From a virus (taxonomy: Duplodnaviria; Caudoviricetes): DNA of 64,000 bases. Below, one piece after another: positions 9,752 through 19,376 of this stretch. The stretch lies in IMG/VR virus record IMGVR_UViG_3300030846_000100, positions 1 through 64,000 of that record; one strand, given 5' to 3'. The notes beneath the pieces are model-generated. The model was not told where the DNA came from and did not search any database. It saw only the letters and a list, made by a program, of their open reading frames with translations. Position 1 is the stretch's first letter; the number at the start of each line of letters is the position of its first letter. The position numbers and the translations under genes are program-made.

Positions 9752-10273
9752 TTAACGTTTTGAGCGTTGTTTCAAAATGTACACATGACCTTCATGTTTG
9801 TCAGAAATGTCTTGTAAGAGATTCTCAATGCCCGACGTTGTCGTGCGTTTGTTCTTCATTGATGTTAAGAGGTAATCAATTACCGTCAAGAAGTTCGTCT
9901 CTGCGACAAGTGAGTTAACGACAAGCTGGTTCGACGCAGGTATCATGGTGGTCGTGTTATTCGTTTGCACTAGCTTGAGCGTCTGAATGATTTGAAGGTT
10001 CAAGTTAACGTTGTTTTCGTTTCCAAGACCGACTGCTTTTTCAGCGACGGCATCGATCTCAGGAACGATCTCGTTATACAGGCGTTCGAATAATCCATGA
10101 TCTGAATAAAATGAGTCGCCTCTCGCAGTCCAGTGATTGTTTTGATGAATTAAAGCTAGTGACCGAAGGTGGACAAGAACGATCGACAACTCAGCGTACG
10201 GAATCTCCCCCCATTCTGAGAGCATGTTGCTCAGAACAACGTTGACATTCGGTAGGTTGAAGGGGCTTCCCAT
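9752..10273 (-). CDS. dps: Dps/ferritin-like protein
   Basis: HQNNHW...G..F...H.LFE.LY......D..AE ferroxidase pattern; start refined to TAATG at 10273. Confidence 0.85.
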   Translation of the reverse strand: MGSPFNLPNVNVVLSNMLSEWGEIPYAELSIVLVHLRSLALIHQNNHWTARGDSFYSDHGLFERLYNEIVPEIDAVAEKAVGLGNENNVNLNLQIIQTLKLVQTNNTTTMIPASNQLVVNSLVAETNFLTVIDYLLTSMKNKRTTTSGIENLLQDISDKHEGHVYILKQRSKR

Positions 10274-11451
10274 TAACGTAAGCCGACGGTGAATTCGATG
10301 TTCTGACAATCATGAACATTTTGGTTCCACGTAATGTGGAACGGTTCATGCTTCGCAACCTGCTGACGGTTCCATGTTTCAACGAAACGATCGAGAACGT
10401 GCTCATCGATCGATCGAATCCCGTTCGAATGAGGAACGATCGCGGACGCAGGAACCTTGTTCGTCTTGAAACCCTCACCTTCAACGAGACGCTTGACGTT
10501 CGCTGGGATCGTAGTTTCCTTCAATGAGAAAAGGATCGCGAATTTTTCGTTGAATTCCATTGATTCAGCAAGAAGGTTCTTGACCTGATCAACCGTTTCT
10601 TCGATCACGGGAAACACGGGCATTTCAGAGTGCTCGTTCAACACCGAAAAATCGAATCGTTTATCGAATGATCTGGATTCATCGGTACGAATGTCGAAGA
10701 TCGTCTCACGAGAGAGCGTGACGTCTTCTCGTTCCTTGATCCGATCTTGCACGGCCTTGAACAATTTCTTACGATCAATGTCGACACCAGCGGTCGTTCT
10801 TGATGCATCGCAGAAAGCATTCACTGCTCGTTCTTCCCAGTTGTAATCGATCATTCTGTGCTTGGAATAATCGTCAAGGATTGATCGTGCTTTTGTCTCA
10901 TACCATTCATCGCTCAATTCGACCGCGTATTCTTTGCCTAAATCACCAAGTGCTTCATCATCATGAATGTGAAGAAGATCATCGCCTACTTGGGTTACCT
11001 CGGCAAGCGTCGCTTTCTTTGTGTCAACTCGTTTCTTTGAGTAGATCAAACGTAGTTCATCATCAGAAGGAAATTTCCGTAGCATCTCTTTTACGACCTT
11101 TTCTGGAAGTCGACGAGCGGCAATCAAGCGGACCTTCGATGATGCATCGGTCACGAACCTGCTCAAGAAACTTTCAGGCAGCAACGTTGCTGCAACAGCA
11201 CGTACTTCAGGACGGGAATTCTTTGATAGCTTGACGAGCGTTGCAGTCTTGAACCCCGAACATGAACGACCCGTCAATTCAAGGACCTTCAGACGAAGGT
11301 TGATCGATTCCGCAAGTTCGACTAGACCCACGTTCGTGTCCATGATAGGACCCAGTGCGTTCTTGGTCTCAACCCTGAGACCCTCAGTGAGTTTTTCATC
11401 GTTCATTGCATCGCGAACGATGCTTCGCAATTGATCGAGCTTGATCTTCAT
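10273..11451 (-). CDS. HEAT-repeat-containing protein with leader-like N-terminus
   Basis: RPEVRAVAA and SSKVRLIAARRL repeats; N-terminus MKIKLDQLRSIVRDAMNDE. Confidence 0.7.
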   Translation of the reverse strand: MKIKLDQLRSIVRDAMNDEKLTEGLRVETKNALGPIMDTNVGLVELAESINLRLKVLELTGRSCSGFKTATLVKLSKNSRPEVRAVAATLLPESFLSRFVTDASSKVRLIAARRLPEKVVKEMLRKFPSDDELRLIYSKKRVDTKKATLAEVTQVGDDLLHIHDDEALGDLGKEYAVELSDEWYETKARSILDDYSKHRMIDYNWEERAVNAFCDASRTTAGVDIDRKKLFKAVQDRIKEREDVTLSRETIFDIRTDESRSFDKRFDFSVLNEHSEMPVFPVIEETVDQVKNLLAESMEFNEKFAILFSLKETTIPANVKRLVEGEGFKTNKVPASAIVPHSNGIRSIDEHVLDRFVETWNRQQVAKHEPFHITWNQNVHDCQNIEFTVGLR

Positions 11452-11457
11452 GATCAC

Positions 11458-11464
11458 TAATTAT
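11458..11464 (-). promoter_or_regulatory. Candidate late promoter ATAATTA
   Basis: 6 nt before ATG 11451. Confidence 0.55.
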
Positions 11465-11472
11465 CATGTTCT

Positions 11473-11703
11473 CTATCGGCGTGTACGAATCTTGCATGAT
11501 TCTTGCTTGTTGAAAGCCTGAATCGGTGTTCTTTTCCATCCGTACGTTCGATTACCGATTGCGAACATGCAACAGATCGAAATTCCCATGCTCACGATTG
11601 CGATGTACATCCCCGCTGGATCGGGGAAATGACGACCCAGGGTCGCAGCTGAAACGTTGCAACAAACGCTGATAAATGCAAGAATCCAATCGAATTTCTT
11701 CAT
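11473..11703 (-). CDS. Small membrane protein (2 TM)
   Basis: Two hydrophobic stretches in 76 aa. Confidence 0.55.
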   Translation of the reverse strand: MKKFDWILAFISVCCNVSAATLGRHFPDPAGMYIAIVSMGISICCMFAIGNRTYGWKRTPIQAFNKQESCKIRTRR

Positions 11704-11942
11704 AGACGTTTGAACCTATCGTTGAGAAGTTTCATTGAATGATTCCAGTGCAACAATTGATCGTTTAACAAAAAAGAGATCGAATAAACGGTACCTTTGT
11801 GTGAATACGGTCCTGTCGAACTTTCATGAAATGAAATCAATAATACAATTGAACCAAATGGAATCAATTTGTTTCTAAGTGAGTTGTCCCCCGAATCAGG
11901 ATACACGGGGCCCAACACTCTGTAAAGTTTACCGGGAATCAC
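11700..11942 (-). CDS. Small hypothetical protein (PG-motif family)
   Basis: MIPGKLY start; beta-rich. Confidence 0.55.
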   Translation of the reverse strand: MIPGKLYRVLGPVYPDSGDNSLRNKLIPFGSIVLLISFHESSTGPYSHKGTVYSISFLLNDQLLHWNHSMKLLNDRFKRL

Positions 11943-11988
11943 CTATGTTTATATCATATGATTGGCGACATGAACACACGAACCCCGT

Positions 11989-12858
11989 CTACAAACTTAA
12001 CATCGATTCAATCTTAGGATCACCATACTCAGCATGTGCCACATGACATACCATGTTGTTTCGAACTTGATACGAAATTTTCCCATGCGTATGCCCACAC
12101 AACACAGTGAATGAATTCGTAGGATACGCATCAGCCGCTCGTTCCAACAATGTTGCCATCGTCGGAGATGTGAACCAAGGTGCTCCTTCGGGTTCACCCG
12201 TAGCCCCATTGTAAACGTGCGTCTCTTGCCATGGCGGCACGTGGGTGCAAACGATGATGGATCGATGCGTCTTCACAGCTTCCTTGATCGCGGAATGCAT
12301 ATGAGCAATCTCTCCACGAAGATGTTCTTGAGAAACGTCGATGATGTCTTGCATTCTGACATCCTTCATCGTCTTTGCGTACTGGATACGTTCCCTGTAA
12401 TCACGAATTCTCATCCAGTCGTTCATGATGAGCCTACTTTTCGCTCCGGCCCCAGCTGTACCGTCGTACCAACCATTGGCTCCAACGACCGCTGTGACAT
12501 TCGAAACTTCAACGTACTTCGTGCTTGGTAGGTAACGCAGGAATGTTGAAGACGCGGTCAACGCCATCATTTGCTTGTGTAGCGCATCGAACGACGTTTC
12601 CCACACGTCATGATTTCCCGTCACGAACAGAATGGGTATCTGAAGACCTTGTTCCAGCATCTTCAAGTGACGAGCAATGCTTGCACCATTCGAAATATCA
12701 CCCGTAATGATTAAACCATCTGGTCCAGTTCGCTTGATTGATTCAATGAATTCATGAATTCCATGATCACCCGAACGAATGTGATCCATGTGGATATCGC
12801 TTAAAAATGCGTAATTTGGCACGATTGAATCGTACAACGATTCAGAACGTATGTTCAT
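11989..12858 (-). CDS. Metallophosphoesterase (Icc/CpdA-like)
   Basis: SDIHMD, TGD, GNHD, THVPP, GHTH. Confidence 0.88.
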   Translation of the reverse strand: MNIRSESLYDSIVPNYAFLSDIHMDHIRSGDHGIHEFIESIKRTGPDGLIITGDISNGASIARHLKMLEQGLQIPILFVTGNHDVWETSFDALHKQMMALTASSTFLRYLPSTKYVEVSNVTAVVGANGWYDGTAGAGAKSRLIMNDWMRIRDYRERIQYAKTMKDVRMQDIIDVSQEHLRGEIAHMHSAIKEAVKTHRSIIVCTHVPPWQETHVYNGATGEPEGAPWFTSPTMATLLERAADAYPTNSFTVLCGHTHGKISYQVRNNMVCHVAHAEYGDPKIESMLSL

Positions 12859-12862
12859 CCGT

Positions 12863-13468
12863 TCATTGGTAGAATTTAGATTTGCAATCGACGAAATCTA
12901 AAATGTCATGCCAGCTTTTGGCACGATTGAATCGTACGTCAACATTCTTTCGATTCCAAGGTTGATCAAAAAGTATCAACATCGTATCAGATGAATTATG
13001 TTCCGCGTAATCCTCTAAGTTCTCAACCTTATCATCGATGAAAACATCACATGAAACTGCGTACTTTGCGTGAGTGTGTACCTGTTCCTTGAATGGAAAA
13101 CCGTGTTTGATCAACCATTGTGATCGTTCGTACATCCAGTTCCTAGCATTCGTCGGTGCGGTGACAGGCAGTACCTGATGATGACGTTTCAATGCTTGGA
13201 TGCATTCCAGCGAATCCTTCAAAGGTTCTAAGTTCGATACGAATCCTGCATGTTCTATTGAATGTATCCAAGCATCGTGAAGATCATGACGATCAATTGA
13301 TTTAAAGAAATCGTGATTCGTTAGTTGATCTTTCGTGTAAGGACGAAAATTACCCAAGTTAACAGGCAGGTTCACGAACCGCAGGAATTCTTCCGTAAAG
13401 TTAGCAATGACATCATCCACGTCACAATTGATTCTGAGTCGTCTCATTTTACAATCATATGAACTCAT
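12863..13468 (-). CDS. 5'(3')-deoxyribonucleotidase (HAD, NT5C-like)
   Basis: DVDDVIANF, VTAP, FIDDK, FDQPWN. Confidence 0.88.
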   Translation of the reverse strand: MSSYDCKMRRLRINCDVDDVIANFTEEFLRFVNLPVNLGNFRPYTKDQLTNHDFFKSIDRHDLHDAWIHSIEHAGFVSNLEPLKDSLECIQALKRHHQVLPVTAPTNARNWMYERSQWLIKHGFPFKEQVHTHAKYAVSCDVFIDDKVENLEDYAEHNSSDTMLILFDQPWNRKNVDVRFNRAKSWHDILDFVDCKSKFYQ

Positions 13469-13847
13469 TTTTTAAAAGTTCAATTGCGGTGGTTTTAATC
13501 AAATGGTCAGTTTCCCAAATCGCGCATAGTTCCATGAAAGTTCTTGCCGTTTGCGTTTGATAATGCTTCAAACCGTACAACGCGCCTTCACGAACGATGA
13601 TCGACTCGTGATTCAATACCATGAATCCCAAGACGGGCAAACCCGCGTCCAGCTTCGCCTTTCCCAAGCATTCGACTGCGAACGTCAGCTCCGAATTCTT
13701 CAGAGAACCCTCACGTACGAGAGCAAGTAAATCTTGTTGAGAATTCTTTTCAAGAATTTCGAACATTTTCTCGCAAGGTTCCTTGAAATCGTTCGTCAAC
13801 GTTCGACCGTACATCGATAGCGTTTTTCTCCACTTTTCCATATTCAC
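13455..13847 (-). CDS. Small HEAT-like protein
   Basis: HESIIVREGALYGL helical repeat. Confidence 0.55.
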   Translation of the reverse strand: MNMEKWRKTLSMYGRTLTNDFKEPCEKMFEILEKNSQQDLLALVREGSLKNSELTFAVECLGKAKLDAGLPVLGFMVLNHESIIVREGALYGLKHYQTQTARTFMELCAIWETDHLIKTTAIELLKNEFI

Positions 13848-14107
13848 TCTTTTCTCAACACTTTGAATTCATTTTGATCAAGATACCTTGAAAAAGACTC
13901 ATTGATGATTTTGATCTTGTGATTTCGTCTGTTTATTTCTAGAACGGAGAATTCAATTGCACTTGTATATTCTCCTCCACCCACCGGTTGATCATGAGGG
14001 AAATGATGCTTCCCTTGAGTTTTCTTTCCTATAATCAACCAAGAATACCAACCTTTGTGCCACCAAATAAGGTCACCAGCTACTAAAAGTTTACAATCAA
14101 TCATCAA
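13844..14107 (-). CDS. Small hypothetical protein (L.xGD family)
   Basis: KLLVAGDLIW; ATGA coupling on both sides. Confidence 0.6.
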   Translation of the reverse strand: MMIDCKLLVAGDLIWWHKGWYSWLIIGKKTQGKHHFPHDQPVGGGEYTSAIEFSVLEINRRNHKIKIINESFSRYLDQNEFKVLRKE

Positions 14108-15066
14108 AAATCACCGTAATTGCATTGAAAACATGTCAAACCGAGAGATCTCCACAGCGCTACTAGGGAGTCCCGATCATCGATACAGAACTTGACATAG
14201 TATTTGTTCTTGATGTTAGCATCAAAAAGTTCTTTCTTGACGATTGAATCCTTCCTCATGTCGCCATCTCGGCGCATGTAAAGATTGTATTGATCCTTCA
14301 ATTCTGGGAGGTTCTTATCAATGAACGACCTTGTTTGAATTTCGTATTTGTCGCTTCTCCCAGACATGAAGACGATCTTTGCAACCTTCACCTGTTCACG
14401 TATGATCGCTGCAACTGGTTCGTTCAATGAATCAAGTTCACACTTAGAAGCATCGTAAGGATTACGGTGTTCGATAAGTGCTAGCGTTCCATCGAGATCA
14501 CAAATGACACATGGATACTTACTTGGATCTTGAATGATCGGTTCGATCTTTTCGTAGTAGGTGGAATTACCTTTCAATTTCTTGAAAGTTCCATCATGAC
14601 CGACTCGTGCATCCTTCGCCATCCGTTCGATGACAATCCGAGGCACGACCGCTTTTGGATCTCGGTTTTCATTTTGAGAGTGAACTCGTTCCAGGGGAAC
14701 TTCGAACACCTGCTCGATGACAAGCGTGTTGTCCCTGTTGCTGGCGATATCATGGATCGATTTTCTATCGGATGATTTCAAGTGCGTGTTATCCACCAAC
14801 ACATCGAATCCAGCATTCAACGCTTCACGAATCATTGCGTCACAGCATTTGGTGACCAACGATTCTTTTCGTGAATTTCCGACCTCGAACAACGTTCCAG
14901 TCAAAGCGACACGAACGTCATCACGATTCACTCGTTTCCATCGATTTGGATCTGAGCTCAGTAGGTTCTTTGCAAAGGTTGATTTACCAGACCCAGGAAG
15001 ACCGATCGACATCCAAACGACGCGTACGTTTTCATCGTGTTTAGGAATCATGTTCGTGGTCGTCAT
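14104..15066 (-). CDS. pseT: Polynucleotide 5'-kinase/3'-phosphatase (T4 PseT-like)
   Basis: GLPGSGKST P-loop with NRDDVR; HAD DLDGTLA, SGR, IDDR. Confidence 0.93.
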   Translation of the reverse strand: MTTTNMIPKHDENVRVVWMSIGLPGSGKSTFAKNLLSSDPNRWKRVNRDDVRVALTGTLFEVGNSRKESLVTKCCDAMIREALNAGFDVLVDNTHLKSSDRKSIHDIASNRDNTLVIEQVFEVPLERVHSQNENRDPKAVVPRIVIERMAKDARVGHDGTFKKLKGNSTYYEKIEPIIQDPSKYPCVICDLDGTLALIEHRNPYDASKCELDSLNEPVAAIIREQVKVAKIVFMSGRSDKYEIQTRSFIDKNLPELKDQYNLYMRRDGDMRKDSIVKKELFDANIKNKYYVKFCIDDRDSLVALWRSLGLTCFQCNYGDF

Positions 15067-15134
15067 ATGATCAAAGTTTCGCCATCAGGATCGTGTGTCG
15101 TACCATTCTGGTACCAGCAAATAAACTTATCAAC

Positions 15135-15181
15135 GTGATAAGGATCGTCATCATGTATGATCGTATCACGATCCTTATCAC
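15135..15181. repeat. Perfect 14-bp inverted repeat with 19-nt spacer
   Basis: gtgataaggatcgt (15135-15148) / acgatccttatcac (15168-15181). Confidence 0.85.
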
Positions 15182-15211
15182 AAAACACTTAAGTTTGTTT
15201 CATTAGTGAAA

Positions 15212-15901
15212 TTAATAATCACCTGTAATGCGATCAATGTTGACCTTCGATTTTTCAAAGAATCTATCGCAGAATTCATCGATCGAAACACCGGCAAGGA
15301 TCAGAATTTCAAGAAGGAACTTTTGAGTGTCAACGAGTTCCTCAACGAAGTTCTGACGGTCAAACGATTCGACCAAAGTCTTCCTGTGGTTCTTTGAATT
15401 CTTCAACGTCACGAGTGCCTCGAAGAGCTCATGCATACAGTCGTGAGCGATATCTTTGATCAATTTTTGACCCGATTTCGATGACATATCAACAGGAAAT
15501 GCTGGAAAGTTTCGTTCCTTTTGAAGGAGCTTCATGAACTTCGTTTGATCATCCCAAAGATCGTTCAGGCAATGAGTGATCACGTCATCATCGTCTTCTC
15601 GGGGATCATCACAGCAAATCATCCGATGACCGTACGTGACGCACCCGCAATTGACACACGTCTTTGGTGAATCAGTGCTGGTGAACGTTACTGAGTTGTG
15701 ATGACACGCAGCACAATCGTCACCTGCATGTGGATTGAACCCCTGCAACCCACAAACGTGCGATCTTTTTTGTCGGTAGATTTCCTTGCAGGTTGAACAA
15801 CCATCGGGATGTTTGTCAGTCTTTCGTGGTTCGTACATTGCTTTGTACTTGGGATGAACCTTGCATTTTAATACGGGTAGCATTAGAGTTCGTGTTTCCA
15901 T
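15212..15901 (-). CDS. All-alpha NTP pyrophosphatase (dimeric dUTPase/MazG-like) with Cys-rich N-terminus
   Basis: HELFEAL...K.H...FVEELVD acidic motifs; several CxxC pairs in the first 100 aa. Confidence 0.7.
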   Translation of the reverse strand: METRTLMLPVLKCKVHPKYKAMYEPRKTDKHPDGCSTCKEIYRQKRSHVCGLQGFNPHAGDDCAACHHNSVTFTSTDSPKTCVNCGCVTYGHRMICCDDPREDDDDVITHCLNDLWDDQTKFMKLLQKERNFPAFPVDMSSKSGQKLIKDIAHDCMHELFEALVTLKNSKNHRKTLVESFDRQNFVEELVDTQKFLLEILILAGVSIDEFCDRFFEKSKVNIDRITGDY

Positions 15902-15910
15902 TGAAATGTG

Positions 15911-16177
15911 TTACTTTGTTTCGACGTCGGTTTGTCGTAAACCGTCAACCTTGTCAAGGAGTTCCTTGATTTGTCGATCAAAGAGTTCAACTTGACCGTC
16001 TCCCAACACGTGTTCACCTGTCGAAGCATCCAGTCGTACCTTAATGAGACGAAGGTAATCAGCGACATCCGTTCCCGTTAGCATAGCCAGTTGCACGTAC
16101 TGAACGACCTGTCGCCAGACCTCATCGGCAAGGCGGGCATCTCGTGGTTGCGTGTGATCGAATTCAATTGTTGCCAT
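15911..16177 (-). CDS. Hypothetical protein
   Basis: 88 aa ORF with coherent composition. Confidence 0.65.
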   Translation of the reverse strand: MATIEFDHTQPRDARLADEVWRQVVQYVQLAMLTGTDVADYLRLIKVRLDASTGEHVLGDGQVELFDRQIKELLDKVDGLRQTDVETK

Positions 16178-16186
16178 TTTCTTCCT

Positions 16187-16993
16187 TTAAAAGTTCTTTA
16201 CAAGAACCTCAGTTGTTTTTCCTCTTGATGATCGCTTTGCGGCGATCACCCTAGTAACGTCTACCATAATAACGTTGAATCTCTCGTACAAATCACGAAC
16301 TTTTTGACAATCGGAGTTCGACAGGATGAACTTGATCCCTCTGGAATCGAGGTCAACGCAAACATTACGAAGCTTTTCGTGGTCATCGAATCCGTTCAAT
16401 GCGTAGCTAGTGAACCCCGCTGTCGCAGTCACGGGGACGTACGGAGGATCGAGGTACACGAAATCGTTCGGTTCAACCTTTTCAAGAGCACGTTCGAAGT
16501 CAAGCGAGCTGAATTCAACGTTCTTTGTTTGAAGCACGAATTCATCGAACATGCCAGCATGAATCGGCGGTAACGTTTTCTTTTTTCCCCAAGGCGAATT
16601 GTTGTAACCTTTTTTTGAATTGACCCTCCACATTCCTTGAAACGATGTGCGGTTCAGGAACAGGAATCTTCCCGCTCTTTCAAGACGAGAACGATTCAAA
16701 AAATCATTGTGTCGATCCCAAGAACGAATTTCGTAGTAGGAGCGCTCGCTGAATTCGAACGAATTGTACAGTGCAATCACGTCATCGGGATGTGATCTTG
16801 CTTGTTCGTAAAAATTGATCAATTCATGGTTGACATCATTAGCGAACGCTTTTTTATGAGGCTGGGTTAAAAGCATCGCTGCGCCGCCCAGAAACGGTTC
16901 ATGGTAACGACCAACGTAATCTGGAACATGTGGCAGAATTTGAGAAAGTAATCTTCTTTTTCCACCGACCCACCTGATGATCGGTTCAATCAT
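16187..16993 (-). CDS. dam: Dam-family DNA adenine methyltransferase (D12 class)
   Basis: RWVGGK, EPFLGGAA, NDVN, FLFLNR, YLDPPY, LSNS. Confidence 0.95.
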   Translation of the reverse strand: MIEPIIRWVGGKRRLLSQILPHVPDYVGRYHEPFLGGAAMLLTQPHKKAFANDVNHELINFYEQARSHPDDVIALYNSFEFSERSYYEIRSWDRHNDFLNRSRLERAGRFLFLNRTSFQGMWRVNSKKGYNNSPWGKKKTLPPIHAGMFDEFVLQTKNVEFSSLDFERALEKVEPNDFVYLDPPYVPVTATAGFTSYALNGFDDHEKLRNVCVDLDSRGIKFILSNSDCQKVRDLYERFNVIMVDVTRVIAAKRSSRGKTTEVLVKNF

Positions 16994-17645
16994 ACCATTT
17001 AACGTTTTTCTGTAGTACCTTGAACTTCAACAAATCTTGAAAATCATCATCGCATTCCAGATAGAGCATGATCTCATTGTGAACGAATTCGACATCTTGA
17101 AGATTTTGAATTTGAGTCAATCCCGTAATCTGTGGAAAATTCACACTAGCGAGCGGTTGGTACTTGCTCATTAGGCACATGTTCTTGTACATGTTGTTCA
17201 CGTTCGCTTGGAGTTCATCATCAGCTTCGTATGAATCCTTCGCCCTTGAACGCTTGTGTAAACCATTCAGAACGAACGTCATGTCGGGTTTCAACAAGAG
17301 GTTATGAAACAGGATCAACAGTGGTTTTGGTACACCTTCTAGTGAACCGTATATCAACGAACTCAATGACCATCGTCCCAGGACGATCACATCAACCTTC
17401 TTGAAAGGATATACGAATGTTTGCCAGTAGAGACGATTCAAGAAATGCAACGTTTGAAAGATAATGGGCCATTTTTTGGCTTTACCATTTACCAACATTT
17501 TATAGATGATCGTTCTTAGCAAACCTTTAAATGGGATTTCTTCGCTTAGAACGTTCAAACCCATTTTTCGTAATTTTTCAGTAAGGTTTTTAACCTGCGT
17601 CGATTTTCCGCTGCAATCGGGACCTTCAATGCAAAGAACCATCAT
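16986..17645 (-). CDS. tmk: Thymidylate kinase
   Basis: IEGPDCSGKSTQ, RW.LSSLIYG, KPD. Confidence 0.85.
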   Translation of the reverse strand: MMVLCIEGPDCSGKSTQVKNLTEKLRKMGLNVLSEEIPFKGLLRTIIYKMLVNGKAKKWPIIFQTLHFLNRLYWQTFVYPFKKVDVIVLGRWSLSSLIYGSLEGVPKPLLILFHNLLLKPDMTFVLNGLHKRSRAKDSYEADDELQANVNNMYKNMCLMSKYQPLASVNFPQITGLTQIQNLQDVEFVHNEIMLYLECDDDFQDLLKFKVLQKNVKWYD

Positions 17646-17678
17646 GATTAATCATCATACCCTATAAAAATTAGGTGT

Positions 17679-19376
17679 TCATGCTTCGCATGCAGCACAT
17701 TCATCCTTTGAGCGACTTGCCATGTCGCCCTTCAACGTCCCCGTTGCACGAAGGTAGTAAAGAGATTTCAATCCGCCTTCCCACGCTGCGATATGTACCT
17801 GATGAACGTACTTTGGATCAGCATTCGATGAAAAGAAAAGGTTCACAGATTGTCCTTGATCGACCCATCGTTGCCGCTGGCTTGCTTGTTTGATTATCGC
17901 GTATTGGTTGATCTCCATCGCGGTCAAAAATACTGATTTTTCTAAGGGGGACAAAAAATCTAAATGCTGAACGCTTCCGTCGTTCATAATCACGGATGAC
18001 CAAACATCCCTATCGTTCTTTTCCTTCGCAATCAGGAGCTTTTCAAATGAAACATTCCTACGAATGAACGTTCCCTTTGCTGATTTCAACGAGTAAACGT
18101 TTGCTGAAATAGGCTCAATTCCTGCGCTCCATCCACCTGAAATCGTCGAGTTGGAAACGGTGGGGGCAATTGCAAGCAAGTGTGTATTTCGTCTTGAATG
18201 ACCCTTACACCATTCGGGTTCACCAAGTTCATAAGCTAGTTTTTTCGTTTCGATCTCCGCGTTAGCTCGAATTGTTCGAAAGATTTGGGCATTCATTTGC
18301 ATGGCTTCAAAGCTATCGAATGGAATCATCTCGTTCTGCAAAAGTGAATGCCATCCTAACACCCCAATTCCTATCGCGCGTCCCTTGATCGCAGATGCAC
18401 GCGACGCTTCGAGACCGGGAAGGTTTTCTGACTTCTGAATGTATTCTTCCAACACGGCATCCAGGAATCTGACGGCAGTATTGACGACGTCGGTGTCCTT
18501 CCATTCGTGCCAACGAACAATGTTGAGCGATGATAGACAACAAACGAACGAATGATCAGGATCAGTGTGTAGCATCACCTCCGTACAAATGTTTGACGTT
18601 TTTACGGATAGGTTGTTGGCCGTGTAGCAATCGGGGTTGCTGTTGTTCACGTTGTCGGTAAAAAACATGTAGGGTTCGCCAGTTTCAACTCGAGTTCGTA
18701 GTATTTCTGACCACATTTCACGTTTCTTTTTATCGCCCCCGATGAGACTGTGCATCCACGCGTCTGAAATGCAAATACCTTGATTGATGTTCAAGCATCG
18801 TCTGTTAACATCGCCCGTTGGACGTCGAATGTTCATGAATTCATCTATGTCAAGATGTTCAATTGGAAGGTATATTGCGCTTGCTCCCCTACGAGTCGAC
18901 CCTTGATTGACGGAGACGGTGGTTGTATCGTACACTTTCGCCCACGGAATCACGCCTTCCGACGATCCGTTACCATTGATTGACGTTCCTCTCCCCCTGA
19001 CGTCACCCAAGTAGATTCCTACACCCGCACCATTCTTGCTTAGCATTGCAAGTTCATGGTTCTTTTGAAAGATCGATGTTACGCTGTCGCCGACGTGGAT
19101 TGAGTTGCATGAAATCGGCAGACCGCGATTTGTTCCTAAATTCGACGCAATAGGACTTGAGACGCAAAGCCAATTTTTCCAAATTGCTTCAAAAAATTTT
19201 TTAAACCAAAAATCTTTTTCTTTATAGAAAGAACTACCAGCTTTCGCAATGCGCACGTACATCTCACGAGGTGTTTCTCCTGGCAAAAGATAACCGCCCT
19301 GAAGAGTTTTATATCCTTCTTCTAACATCCAAAGTGGTGCCTCATTACGTTTTTTTAATTCGTTTAAATCATCCAT
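17679..19376 (-). CDS. nrdA: Ribonucleotide reductase class Ia alpha subunit
   Basis: SSP..SN, ISCN, GAGVG, TSNICTE, APTVSNS, SAGIEP, DQGQS.NL, LKSLYY and terminal CxxC; start refined to 19376. Confidence 0.97.
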   Translation of the reverse strand: MDDLNELKKRNEAPLWMLEEGYKTLQGGYLLPGETPREMYVRIAKAGSSFYKEKDFWFKKFFEAIWKNWLCVSSPIASNLGTNRGLPISCNSIHVGDSVTSIFQKNHELAMLSKNGAGVGIYLGDVRGRGTSINGNGSSEGVIPWAKVYDTTTVSVNQGSTRRGASAIYLPIEHLDIDEFMNIRRPTGDVNRRCLNINQGICISDAWMHSLIGGDKKKREMWSEILRTRVETGEPYMFFTDNVNNSNPDCYTANNLSVKTSNICTEVMLHTDPDHSFVCCLSSLNIVRWHEWKDTDVVNTAVRFLDAVLEEYIQKSENLPGLEASRASAIKGRAIGIGVLGWHSLLQNEMIPFDSFEAMQMNAQIFRTIRANAEIETKKLAYELGEPEWCKGHSRRNTHLLAIAPTVSNSTISGGWSAGIEPISANVYSLKSAKGTFIRRNVSFEKLLIAKEKNDRDVWSSVIMNDGSVQHLDFLSPLEKSVFLTAMEINQYAIIKQASQRQRWVDQGQSVNLFFSSNADPKYVHQVHIAAWEGGLKSLYYLRATGTLKGDMASRSKDECAACEA

